From the sequence record QB031383.1: a stretch of 64,000 nt of DNA. One strand, written 5' to 3'. Below the pieces are notes generated by a model. That model saw only the letters and a list, made by a program, of their open reading frames with translations, did not search any database and was not told where the DNA came from. The stretch comes from a phage. Both the position numbers and the translations under genes were made by a program. Positions 1 through 8,286 of this stretch are shown one piece after another (the stretch's first letter is position 1; each line of letters starts with the position of its first letter).

Positions 1-1
1 C

Positions 2-154
2 CCAGGTAAGCAACCTAATATGTGGTTGAAATCAGATAAAGAAGGGACCGAAGGAAAATTATGGTTGTATAAATGGGACGATTGGGTTAAAGTAGCTAAA
101 GAGTACGGTGTTTCACCATATATAAGAGATGCAGAAGAGGAGAATGAAGAATGA
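2..154 (+). CDS. 3' end of an upstream CDS running off the window start (hypothetical protein)
   Basis: Open frame from window edge to TGA at 152-154, overlapping the next ATG (ATGA); acidic C-terminus EEENEE. Confidence 0.4.
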   Translation, partial: PGKQPNMWLKSDKEGTEGKLWLYKWDDWVKVAKEYGVSPYIRDAEEENEE

Positions 155-1263
155 CAAGTCCATTTTTAAAAGCAGCTACTGGTGGTCAGAAGAAGCCTGA
201 AATGAGCGTATTTGCTGCAACAACAGATGCAAGTAAATCTGTATTCGCTCCAAGCGTGTTAGATGCCAGTCCTGTTTATGCACCAGCGGCACCGCAAGAA
301 GTTCCAGTTTTGCCTTCTATGACCCGACAAGAGATCGAAGAGATTGGGGCAGAGGCAGGAACAACCTTGCGTTCCTTGAATGCCGAGGTATTAAAACATC
401 AACGTAGTAATCAAGGCGATCAGATGAGTGAACGACTCACAGCTTTGATTAAACAGGCAAAACAACTTGATCCAAACTCTATTAAACAAAGCAAGGGTAT
501 TACTAAACTCATTAAAAAAGTTATGGGTATGAAAGAAGACCTGTTTGGGGAGTTTGATAATGTTAATAACCGTATTGAAGAGTTGGTAAAGAACCTTCAA
601 ATGGATATTCGCAAAGAAGAAGATTCCTTGGTATATCTTGAAAAGCTACATCAAGCTATTGGACAATATGCTGCAAGTTTGAACCGAGATATGCAGCTTC
701 TAACAGCAACCTATGAAAAAGAAGAACAAGCTTTGGCTGCTCTTCCAGAAGATGCAGTAGAACAGCGACAAGTGATCCGAGATACTTTGGATCTTCTGGA
801 GATTCGTATTGCAGATTTAAAAGCATTGCGCCTACTGTGTGTCCAAATGGGACCGCGTGTACAAGGTATGCAAAAAGTTTCTGCAAGCTTAATGCGATCT
901 GCGCGTAACATAGTAAATAATGTTATTCCTGCTTACTCTGCTAACTTCTCAATGTATATTGAGAGCTTACGTCAAATGAAAGCAGCAGAGACGCAGAATA
1001 ACGTTCTTGATGAATTTAACCTGGCAATTAAACTGGGTAGCGATCTTGCCACACAGAATCAGATCGAAGCAGCAGCACTGGCTAACCGTCAAGTGTTGGA
1101 TATTGAAACTCTGCGTCACGATCAGGAAAACTTGGTTAAGATGTTGGAAGAAACTAACCGCATCAATACGGAAGCCCGTGCTGCTCGTGTTGATTATATT
1201 AATGAAGTTCAATCTCTGGAAGACGGGATGGTAGCTGCTGTGAAACGAGGGCTTGGTAAATGA
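151..1263 (+). CDS. telA: TelA-like toxic anion resistance family protein
   Basis: 370 aa ORF, largely helical/coiled-coil composition resembling TelA/KlaA family; stop overlaps next start (ATGA); first gene of a Ter-like cluster. Confidence 0.55.
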   Translation: MTSPFLKAATGGQKKPEMSVFAATTDASKSVFAPSVLDASPVYAPAAPQEVPVLPSMTRQEIEEIGAEAGTTLRSLNAEVLKHQRSNQGDQMSERLTALIKQAKQLDPNSIKQSKGITKLIKKVMGMKEDLFGEFDNVNNRIEELVKNLQMDIRKEEDSLVYLEKLHQAIGQYAASLNRDMQLLTATYEKEEQALAALPEDAVEQRQVIRDTLDLLEIRIADLKALRLLCVQMGPRVQGMQKVSASLMRSARNIVNNVIPAYSANFSMYIESLRQMKAAETQNNVLDEFNLAIKLGSDLATQNQIEAAALANRQVLDIETLRHDQENLVKMLEETNRINTEARAARVDYINEVQSLEDGMVAAVKRGLGK

Positions 1264-1457
1264 GAATCCGTATCTATATAATTGATGAAGACATTGGTGT
1301 CCGTTATGATGACGAAAAACGATTCGCACCGATGGGAGGCATATATCCCCCAAGTGTTCTAGCAGTTTGTCGTGATTGTTATATTTATGAAGGTTGTCGT
1401 AACTTCCGTAAGTTCGAACTGCTTGCAGATATTGACTTCAATGAGGAGGAGGAGTAA
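1260..1457 (+). CDS. hypothetical protein (Cys-rich, acidic C-terminus)
   Basis: 65 aa ORF translationally coupled to the TelA-like gene (ATGA overlap); CxxC-containing. Confidence 0.45.
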   Translation: MRIRIYIIDEDIGVRYDDEKRFAPMGGIYPPSVLAVCRDCYIYEGCRNFRKFELLADIDFNEEEE

Positions 1458-1630
1458 TGAAAATATTACGAGTGAATATTGAAACTGCTTGGTGTGGATG
1501 CAATGAGGTTGTGGATATCGAAATTGAAGATGATATGTCTCAAGAGGATATAGAAGATCTTGCGCACGAAACCTTTCAGGATTATTGTAATTACGGGTTC
1601 CATATTTTAGAGGAGGAAGAAGATGTATAA
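1457..1630 (+). CDS. hypothetical small acidic protein
   Basis: 57 aa ORF not in the track (below 60 aa); ATG overlaps preceding stop (TAATG); ends in EEEEDV. Confidence 0.3.
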   Translation: MKILRVNIETAWCGCNEVVDIEIEDDMSQEDIEDLAHETFQDYCNYGFHILEEEEDV

Positions 1631-2021
1631 TCCAACAGGTATTCTTTTAAAACTTACAGTAACAGACCCTACTCTTTTCACCAAGTTAGCAAGTGGTGAA
1701 GTTTATGAAGTAATGAAAGATGATGACGGTTGGTGTTATCTTTGTGGCTACTTCCTCTGTGATGCAGAAGAGTTAGAATCCATTGTAACTAAAGGTTTTT
1801 ATGAAGAACCAGGGTTCCGTGTGGAAACTACGCAGAAACCTGATACCATTACGTTGACTCGACAAGAACTGATCACAATCATTGAAGATGCTTTTATTGA
1901 TGGCTGGAATACGCAAGATAATGACTGGGGTGGACCCGAAGCTTTTCTGGAACATCATAAAACTTATGGAGACTCTTGTGAAACCACTATAGCTCTTGAT
2001 AATCTGAAGGAGGGTTTGTAA
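1623..2021 (+). CDS. hypothetical protein
   Basis: 132 aa ORF, GGAGG RBS upstream, overlaps neighbours by a few nt as in a coupled operon. Confidence 0.5.
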   Translation: MYNPTGILLKLTVTDPTLFTKLASGEVYEVMKDDDGWCYLCGYFLCDAEELESIVTKGFYEEPGFRVETTQKPDTITLTRQELITIIEDAFIDGWNTQDNDWGGPEAFLEHHKTYGDSCETTIALDNLKEGL

Positions 2022-2584
2022 TGGGTTGTTTTAGCTTTTTGTGCAAAGAATCGGGCAAAGCTGCCCTTTCTACTTCTTTCGACGGATCACCTTGTTATCT
2101 CTTTCTTTTGAAGGACGGTGTTGTTATTGAAGAGATGTATGGCAACTATGATAGTTATGGTTGTGTTTTCTCTGGAAAGGAGGATGAAAACGGCGTTCGT
2201 GAACGGTTCGAATGGGCTATGGATTGGGGTAAGGTTTGTGATTTGATGCATTCCTCAAATCCAAGGGACGGTATCGCTATGGTGCTGGAAGAGTACTTTA
2301 CAGGTGAAATCCCTACAGAACAATCTGACGGAGATCCTAACCAAGGTTGGGGTGATGGTGAAGAAGATCCAGATTGTTTTTTCAGCACAGAAAAGAATAA
2401 GTTTAAACGTGTTGACAACCCTTATCACAAAGTGCATAATACTCTCATTGAAACAGAAGATGACAAGATGGAAATTGAAGAAGATGATCCTCTTGTAACA
2501 CTTCCTATAAGTGAGTTACAAAAGATCACTAAGGAAGCTTACGATTTGGGCTTCAAAATTGGTAGAGGAGGTATGCGTGTTTAG
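2021..2584 (+). CDS. hypothetical protein
   Basis: 187 aa ORF; GAAGGAGG RBS immediately upstream; no recognisable motifs. Confidence 0.5.
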   Translation: MGCFSFLCKESGKAALSTSFDGSPCYLFLLKDGVVIEEMYGNYDSYGCVFSGKEDENGVRERFEWAMDWGKVCDLMHSSNPRDGIAMVLEEYFTGEIPTEQSDGDPNQGWGDGEEDPDCFFSTEKNKFKRVDNPYHKVHNTLIETEDDKMEIEEDDPLVTLPISELQKITKEAYDLGFKIGRGGMRV

Positions 2585-2855
2585 ATTCAATATTCAAGAA
2601 GAAAAAAGTCAGGATTTACCTATTGCTTTCGAAGATCTTGACGTAGGGGCCACATTCATGTATTATGATGCCTATGAAGACGCAGGGTTGGATACCTACC
2701 GTAACTTGGTGTTCATTAAAAATTCCACAAACAGTGCGATTTGTATTAATGGATCACTAGCACAACGAGGCTATACTCATTGCATCCCACCAGATACAAA
2801 TATGGTGGAAGTAGATTTAGAAGTTACCAATATTACACTTAAGAAGGAGAAATAA
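2577..2855 (+). CDS. small protein, paralog A of a duplicated pair
   Basis: GTG start 7 nt after GGAGG; 92 aa; clear similarity to the 3877-4146 product (..DLDVG.TF.Y..A.DE.GLD.. / ..VE.LEVT.ITLK). Confidence 0.5.
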   Translation: MFRFNIQEEKSQDLPIAFEDLDVGATFMYYDAYEDAGLDTYRNLVFIKNSTNSAICINGSLAQRGYTHCIPPDTNMVEVDLEVTNITLKKEK

Positions 2856-2856
2856 T

Positions 2857-3651
2857 ATGTCCGAGAAAATCAGCCTGAAAAAACGTCAAGAAAACCTTGC
2901 TTTCTCTCTGAAAAAGAATAAGAACCTGAATGAAGGTAAGATTGTTCTTCGTGTAGCATGTGCTCTAGATATTTCTGGTAGTATGCATGGTCTATATTCT
3001 AGTGGGGTAGTGAGTGATTTTGTAGGTAAACTGCTTCCTTTTGGTATGCTGTTCGACGATAATCAACAAATTGATATGTGGGCCTTCAATACGAGTTCCC
3101 AAGAGCTTACTCCAGCAACAGCAGATGTTTACGATGACTATGTTGGTAAATGTATGCGTAATGTTCGTATCGGAGGTGGAACAAATTACGCCCCTGTAAT
3201 GGCGGATATCTACGATGAGTATTTTGGCACTGTTACTAAATATATTACCACTAAACAAGTGGTACAAGAGGAGGCTCCAAAGAAAGGCTTCTTTAATCGT
3301 CTGCTTGGTAAAACTGAAACAGTGTCTGTAGAGCGTGAAAAAGTTGTAGCTGTATCTGAACCAGGTGCTGACGTTACCCCTGGTGTTGTATTCTTCCAGA
3401 CGGATGGTGAGAATGGTGATCCTAGTGCTGTTCGTCGTCTTATCGAAGAGAATAAGAATAAACCTATTTATTGGTTCATGGTTGGCGTTGGTAATGAGAA
3501 GTTTGGCTTCCTGAAAGAACTGGCAAATGCTTATGATAATGTTGGTTTTATTGGCATTAAAGATTTAGACTTGACAGATTCAGAGCTTTATGACAAACTC
3601 TTATCTGAAGAGTTCGGAGAGTGGGTTGTTAAAGTAGGTGCTAAAAAATGA
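2857..3651 (+). CDS. vWA domain protein with TerD-like N-terminal start (TerF C-terminal-type vWA)
   Basis: MIDAS motifs present (DISGSM, GGGTNYAPVM, FFQTDGEN); N-terminus MSEKISLKK resembles the TerD-like gene at 4162. Confidence 0.6.
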   Translation: MSEKISLKKRQENLAFSLKKNKNLNEGKIVLRVACALDISGSMHGLYSSGVVSDFVGKLLPFGMLFDDNQQIDMWAFNTSSQELTPATADVYDDYVGKCMRNVRIGGGTNYAPVMADIYDEYFGTVTKYITTKQVVQEEAPKKGFFNRLLGKTETVSVEREKVVAVSEPGADVTPGVVFFQTDGENGDPSAVRRLIEENKNKPIYWFMVGVGNEKFGFLKELANAYDNVGFIGIKDLDLTDSELYDKLLSEEFGEWVVKVGAKK

Positions 3652-3896
3652 TCGACGAGCTTGCCTCTCAAGTCATAGAAAATTATTGGCGCGAGAGAGA
3701 AGCTTTCATTATGCGCAGTCTCAAAGAGTATTTCATTGGGACTGTGCGAATGGAAGATATTGTAAGTAGAGTAGAGATTCATGTATGGCCTGATTATGAA
3801 GAATGGGTTGACAAAGAAAATGAAAATGCTATAATTCTTCGTATATACAAACCGGAGATAACATTAGGAGGAAGAAGTGTTAAACTTCGAAATTGA
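3648..3896 (+). CDS. hypothetical protein
   Basis: 82 aa ORF, start overlaps upstream stop (ATGA). Confidence 0.45.
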   Translation: MIDELASQVIENYWREREAFIMRSLKEYFIGTVRMEDIVSRVEIHVWPDYEEWVDKENENAIILRIYKPEITLGGRSVKLRN

Positions 3897-4146
3897 TGAG
3901 CAAAAAGTAAATAAACGATGCCTTACCATTAAAGATTTGGATGTAGGAGATACTTTCGTCTATGAAAATGCATTTGACGAAAATGGTTTAGACCTTAGTG
4001 AAATCATTGTTTATTTAAAAGTAGATGATGGGGAAAATGATTATTCTGCTGTAGAACTAAACCATCATGCACAATTAGTATCAATCCAAAACACATCTAA
4101 GCTTTTGGAAGTAGAATTGACTGTAACTGGTATTACACTTAAATAA
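3877..4146 (+). CDS. small protein, paralog B of the duplicated pair
   Basis: GTG start after GGAGG; 89 aa; paralogous to 2577-2855. Confidence 0.5.
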   Translation: MLNFEIDEQKVNKRCLTIKDLDVGDTFVYENAFDENGLDLSEIIVYLKVDDGENDYSAVELNHHAQLVSIQNTSKLLEVELTVTGITLK

Positions 4147-4161
4147 TAGAGGAGACAAAAG

Positions 4162-4764
4162 ATGACTGATAAAATTTCCCTGAAAAAAGGCTCTAGCGAA
4201 AAAATTTCCCTGAAGAAAGTTGCTCCGGCTCTGAAAGAACTGCGCCTGGAATTCTCTTGGAAATCTGATTCTAAACTGGATCTGGATGTAAGTGCACTGG
4301 TTTGTCGTCACAATGCCGCTGGCAATCCTGAAATGCTGTCTGCACGTCATCTGGTTTGCTATGCTAACAAGTTTGATCCTGAACGTTCTACCTTCGCTGG
4401 TGACGATGTTCGTGATGGAACTGGCAGCATGGAGCAGATTGATATTACTCTGGCTAAAATCTCTCCTGATGCACAAGAGATTGCCTTTGTTCTGACCATT
4501 GATGATGATACAGGTCTGAAACGTTTTGGTCATGCTTCTGAAGGTATGCTTAAAATCTTCGACTCCGAGCGCAATGTGGAAATTCTGGATTTTGACTTCC
4601 TGGCTCCTGAAGTAGCTGGCAACACAATCTGCCACGTGGCTTCCTTGGTTCGTGAAGATGGGGAATGGAAGCTGAAAGCATATGGTGTAGGTAAAGCTGG
4701 TCTGGATATTTGTGATGTGGTGATGGCCTTCGGTGGTAAAAAAGAATGGTATGAATGTCCATAA
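4162..4764 (+). CDS. terD: TerD-domain stress response protein
   Basis: 200 aa; TerD-like features (N-terminal KISLKKG repeats, LDLDVSALV, GDD..DG acidic Ca-binding-type motifs); strong RBS GAGGAG. Confidence 0.65.
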   Translation: MTDKISLKKGSSEKISLKKVAPALKELRLEFSWKSDSKLDLDVSALVCRHNAAGNPEMLSARHLVCYANKFDPERSTFAGDDVRDGTGSMEQIDITLAKISPDAQEIAFVLTIDDDTGLKRFGHASEGMLKIFDSERNVEILDFDFLAPEVAGNTICHVASLVREDGEWKLKAYGVGKAGLDICDVVMAFGGKKEWYECP

Positions 4765-4782
4765 TAATTAACAAATGATTTT

Positions 4783-4806
4783 GAGGGGGAGAAATCCCCC
4801 TCTTGC
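4783..4806 (+). terminator. stem-loop GAGGGGGA-GAAA-TCCCCCTC after the TerD-like gene (weak U-tract)
   Basis: 8-bp GC-rich perfect stem read directly; T-tract downstream is short, so efficiency uncertain. Confidence 0.45.
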
Positions 4807-4831
4807 AATAAAGCCTCTATCGTGTTATACT
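4803..4831 (+). promoter_or_regulatory. sigma70-like promoter (TTGCAA-17-TATACT)
   Basis: -35 TTGCAA at 4803-4808, -10 TATACT at 4826-4831, upstream of the 4864 gene. Confidence 0.5.
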
Positions 4832-4863
4832 AGAAATTCGTTAACTTAAAAAGGAGGCAAAAT

Positions 4864-5385
4864 TTGCTGATAAAAAACTTTGTAACAGTTGCGTTACTAT
4901 CCTTAACTGCTTTTACATTTACACCTGTTGTGGCGAAAGCCGAAGCTGCAAACGTAAAAACCGCTAAAGTAGTTCACAAATGTACAAAGCAATATAATGA
5001 TAAAATTCTATTAGCTTGTGCAATTTACGCAGAAGGTCGAGGTCTGGGTAAAAAAGGAATGAATGCCGTTGGGAATGTGGTAATCAACAGACGAAATGAT
5101 ACCTACTTCCCTAACACAGTCAGAGGAGTCTTGTTCCAGAAAGGGCAATTCTCATATGCGAAAACTTTTAACGTAACAGAGAAAGATAAGTGGCAGGAAG
5201 CAAAAGCAATAGCGGAGCGTTTACTTTATTTAGAGAAACATTTTCCTGAATTGCGGTCTGTTTTAGATGTTACTAAAGGTGCCCTATACTTCAAGAAACG
5301 GAATATAAGGACAAACTGGGAACGTGATATGCGTCTTGTTTATCGAGATAAAGTGCATGGTTTCTATCTACCAAAGGGGAGTTAA
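4864..5385 (+). CDS. secreted cell wall hydrolase, SleB-like (Hydrolase_2 family); candidate endolysin
   Basis: TTG start after AAAGGAGG; N-terminal signal/SAR-like hydrophobic segment ending AKAEA; SleB-like motifs CAIYAEGRG, VVINRRND, VLFQKGQFSY. Confidence 0.6.
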   Translation: MLIKNFVTVALLSLTAFTFTPVVAKAEAANVKTAKVVHKCTKQYNDKILLACAIYAEGRGLGKKGMNAVGNVVINRRNDTYFPNTVRGVLFQKGQFSYAKTFNVTEKDKWQEAKAIAERLLYLEKHFPELRSVLDVTKGALYFKKRNIRTNWERDMRLVYRDKVHGFYLPKGS

Positions 5386-5386
5386 A

Positions 5387-5671
5387 ATGCAAGAAGATAA
5401 TACTGTTGTTGTAGCAAGTTACCTGGTTGTCGGTCTTACCGAAGAGGACGTATACTACACCCGTAAGCATTTGGAAGCATACGCTACTTTGTTTATGGAA
5501 GATGAAAAGGATGTAGATAAATATAGCATTGATATGATCAACGACAGTATTTATCCTTGTATGGTTCTTAAAGTAGATGCTGTGTTGTGGGAGCGTTTTG
5601 CAAGGACTCATGATGCTGTAGAATGCTCCGCAGTAATGTCTCAAAACAACATTTTAGGGGAGATTCATTGA
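5387..5671 (+). CDS. hypothetical protein
   Basis: ATG at 5387 preceded by AAGGGGAG; track ORF 5324-5671 trimmed to first start with an RBS. Confidence 0.45.
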   Translation: MQEDNTVVVASYLVVGLTEEDVYYTRKHLEAYATLFMEDEKDVDKYSIDMINDSIYPCMVLKVDAVLWERFARTHDAVECSAVMSQNNILGEIH

Positions 5672-5901
5672 TGGGAGAAGTCATTGAAGTCAATTTTCGC
5701 ACTAAACAGAAAGTGCAAAAATATGTCGTTATTAAAAACATTTGCGTTGTCTGCTTCAATACAGTAATATACGACTCACGACGCGGAGAAAACGAAAATG
5801 AACCTTACATTGAAATTTCTAAGAACAAAGGTCAATGTATTTGTAAGAACTGTGCAGTAGCTATTAAGGAGGTTGTAAATGAAAACGCTTGGGACCAATG
5901 A
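5671..5901 (+). CDS. hypothetical Zn-ribbon protein
   Basis: ATG at 5671 overlapping upstream stop; two CxxC pairs (CVVC, CICKNC). Confidence 0.4.
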   Translation: MGEVIEVNFRTKQKVQKYVVIKNICVVCFNTVIYDSRRGENENEPYIEISKNKGQCICKNCAVAIKEVVNENAWDQ

Positions 5902-6070
5902 AACTGGCGAAATCTCTCTTCAAGAAGTGACAAACGACAAGCTGATTAAACTACGGGATGTAGCTCGTGACCATCTCCAAGAATCTTTTAAAGAATATAT
6001 GGAAGCACGAGATCGTGTGATCCAGATTCAACAAGAAATGATTAAACGTGGGATTGTAGCTGACAGTTAA
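5879..6070 (+). CDS. hypothetical protein
   Basis: 63 aa ORF with GGAGG RBS. Confidence 0.4.
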   Translation: MKTLGTNETGEISLQEVTNDKLIKLRDVARDHLQESFKEYMEARDRVIQIQQEMIKRGIVADS

Positions 6071-6086
6071 TATAACGGAGGGGAGA

Positions 6087-6650
6087 ATGATTTATTATAT
6101 TACTCCCTATCTGACAGGAAATATCGGCAAGGCTATCAATGAAGCTATTGCCGTTCTTCCAGATGATAGTTGGGTGTGTTTAAGAGATACCGATACAATG
6201 TTCCTCCTACCTGATCAACCATCTATGCTTGAAGAGCTTGTTATGTCAAACCCGCCTTTTGATGTAATAGGTGCAACTTGTAACAGGTTAGGCAGTGGTT
6301 ATCAGCTTTTCTCTAACCAAATTAACGATGATCCAGATATTCTAAACCATATAGAATATGCTAAGATTGCAAGAGAATATCATAAAGTAAATGTTGAAGA
6401 AGTTCCTTTCGGAACACCTCTGGCAGGTTTCTTTTTGCTTTTTAGAAAATCATTGTGGAATGAAATTCCTTTCGAAGAAAAATCTATCCAATTCGACTTA
6501 ATTTTCTCTCGCGCTTTACATGAAAAAGGAAAGAGGTTAGGATTGATGCGGGGAATGTATCTGTTTCACATTTACAGATTAGGTCAAACAAATCCTCAAC
6601 GGTCTATACATCATTTATTACACTGTCATGATCACAGTAAAACTATTTAG
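6087..6650 (+). CDS. putative glycosyltransferase (GT-A-like)
   Basis: 187 aa; DxD-type motif in CLRDTDTMF; GGAGGGGAG RBS. Confidence 0.4.
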   Translation: MIYYITPYLTGNIGKAINEAIAVLPDDSWVCLRDTDTMFLLPDQPSMLEELVMSNPPFDVIGATCNRLGSGYQLFSNQINDDPDILNHIEYAKIAREYHKVNVEEVPFGTPLAGFFLLFRKSLWNEIPFEEKSIQFDLIFSRALHEKGKRLGLMRGMYLFHIYRLGQTNPQRSIHHLLHCHDHSKTI

Positions 6651-6658
6651 GAGAGAAA

Positions 6659-7342
6659 ATGGAAAATATTAAAATCGGAGTGGGTGTTATCACTGTAGGT
6701 GTCCGTCCGCTTAAAGACTACCTTGTAACAGATCCACGTGCAGATTTTCGAGTATTCAACGATCCAGATCGTAAAGGTGTAGCTTATGCCAGGAATGAAC
6801 TTATGCACCAGTTTTATGAAGAAGGTTATGATTATTGGTTTATTTTTGACGACGATTGCTACCCAGTCATGGAGGGATGGGAAACATATTTTGTAGATCA
6901 AGCTGTCTCTGGAGGATGGGATTTCTTTGGTATGCCGGAGTACTTCAAAGATAAAGTTGTTGGAAGCAAAGGAGAAGTTATTCTCTGGGAACTTGCAATG
7001 TGTCAATTTGCAATGTATTCTCGTGCCGTTGTTGAAAAGATGGGTTATTTCCGTCCTTACACTCACGGTTATGGTTTTGAAGATGCTGAATGGGGACACC
7101 GTTTACAAGCTGCTGGTTTGAATCATGGTATTCAGGCAACACCTTGTCCACTTCGTATCATGGCTTATATCCACCCAGACGATGTTTTTGGCAACAATCC
7201 TATGCCTTTTGCTAACCTGACAAAAGAAGAGAAAGAAGCTGCTATTGGGATTAACTGGGAAGAATATAAAGCATCTTTAGAGGATATTAAAAATGGGAAA
7301 ATCCGAATTTCCTATGAGGAGGCACTAGCACATGTCAAATAA
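6659..7342 (+). CDS. putative glycosyltransferase (GT-A fold, DXD motif)
   Basis: 227 aa; acidic DXD motif WFIFDDDCYP typical of nucleotide-sugar transferases. Confidence 0.5.
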   Translation: MENIKIGVGVITVGVRPLKDYLVTDPRADFRVFNDPDRKGVAYARNELMHQFYEEGYDYWFIFDDDCYPVMEGWETYFVDQAVSGGWDFFGMPEYFKDKVVGSKGEVILWELAMCQFAMYSRAVVEKMGYFRPYTHGYGFEDAEWGHRLQAAGLNHGIQATPCPLRIMAYIHPDDVFGNNPMPFANLTKEEKEAAIGINWEEYKASLEDIKNGKIRISYEEALAHVK

Positions 7343-8279
7343 AAAATGGTCTAAACTAAAAATTGATGCAAAACCTCACAGCGGTTGTGACTATCATCGT
7401 ATTGTTATACCATTTAACAACAATAATATTCAACCTAAGAAAGATGTTGTTGTGTTTAACCGTATCCACTCTAAAGGTGCAGAATACGTTTTATCTTTGA
7501 AACGCCAAGGTGTTAAGATTGTTGTAGACTTAGATGATTTTTACCAACTTAATCCAGAGCATTATTTGGCAAGTTTATACGAGTCAAACACTCATGCTAT
7601 TGTGGCTATGGTTAAGCTTGCTGATGTGGTTATTGTGACTACGGAATACTTGGCATATAAGATCCGTCACTTAAATAGGAATGTTGTTGTGATCCGAAAT
7701 GCACTTCCTTTTGATAGTGGACAATTCACTTTGTCAAATGATCGTTCATCCGGTACCCCTGTTGTATGGGCTGGCGGTGCTAGTCACGAACCCGATTTAC
7801 GACTAGTCTCTAATACTTTCGATGATGAACTTCTTACTATTGCGGGATATGAAGCATCGCAGAGCATCACGGGACAAGAGTGGATTAAGATTCGCAGAAA
7901 TTTACCAAATGCCAAATATAAAGCTGCTGTAAAAGATTTAGATAATTACATGAGTGTTTACGAAAGTCATGCTATTGCTATAGCTCCTTTGGTAGATAAT
8001 GATTTTAATAATTGCAAAAGTAATCTCAAAATCCTGGAAGCTGGGGCAAAAGGTATTCCGATTGTTTGTTCTAAGGTGTTACCTTATTTTAACCCTGTAG
8101 ATGCTCGTGCTGTTGCTTACGCAGAGAATAAAGCAGAATGGCATTACGAAATTGTTAAGCTTCTTCGCAATCCAAACTATCGGGAAGATCGTGGCTTGTT
8201 CTTGGCTGAACATGTTCGAACACATTATAATCTGGCAGATGCAAATGAGTTGCGACGCCAGGTTATTGAAAGTTTGTAG
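7332..8279 (+). CDS. glycosyltransferase-like protein, tandem paralog 1 (possible GT-B C-terminal motif)
   Basis: 315 aa; paralogous to 8287-9231 (CDYHRIVIPF / CDFHRVVLPY; SNLKILEAGAKGIPIVCS / SNLKILEAGAKGLPLICS). Confidence 0.45.
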   Translation: MSNKKWSKLKIDAKPHSGCDYHRIVIPFNNNNIQPKKDVVVFNRIHSKGAEYVLSLKRQGVKIVVDLDDFYQLNPEHYLASLYESNTHAIVAMVKLADVVIVTTEYLAYKIRHLNRNVVVIRNALPFDSGQFTLSNDRSSGTPVVWAGGASHEPDLRLVSNTFDDELLTIAGYEASQSITGQEWIKIRRNLPNAKYKAAVKDLDNYMSVYESHAIAIAPLVDNDFNNCKSNLKILEAGAKGIPIVCSKVLPYFNPVDARAVAYAENKAEWHYEIVKLLRNPNYREDRGLFLAEHVRTHYNLADANELRRQVIESL

Positions 8280-8286
8280 GTGAAGT

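Noticed and set aside
391-911. Several minus-strand ORFs (391-600, 656-886, 711-911) inside the TelA-like gene
   Set aside because: Overlap a well-supported plus-strand gene, lack RBSs and run against the transcription direction of the region.
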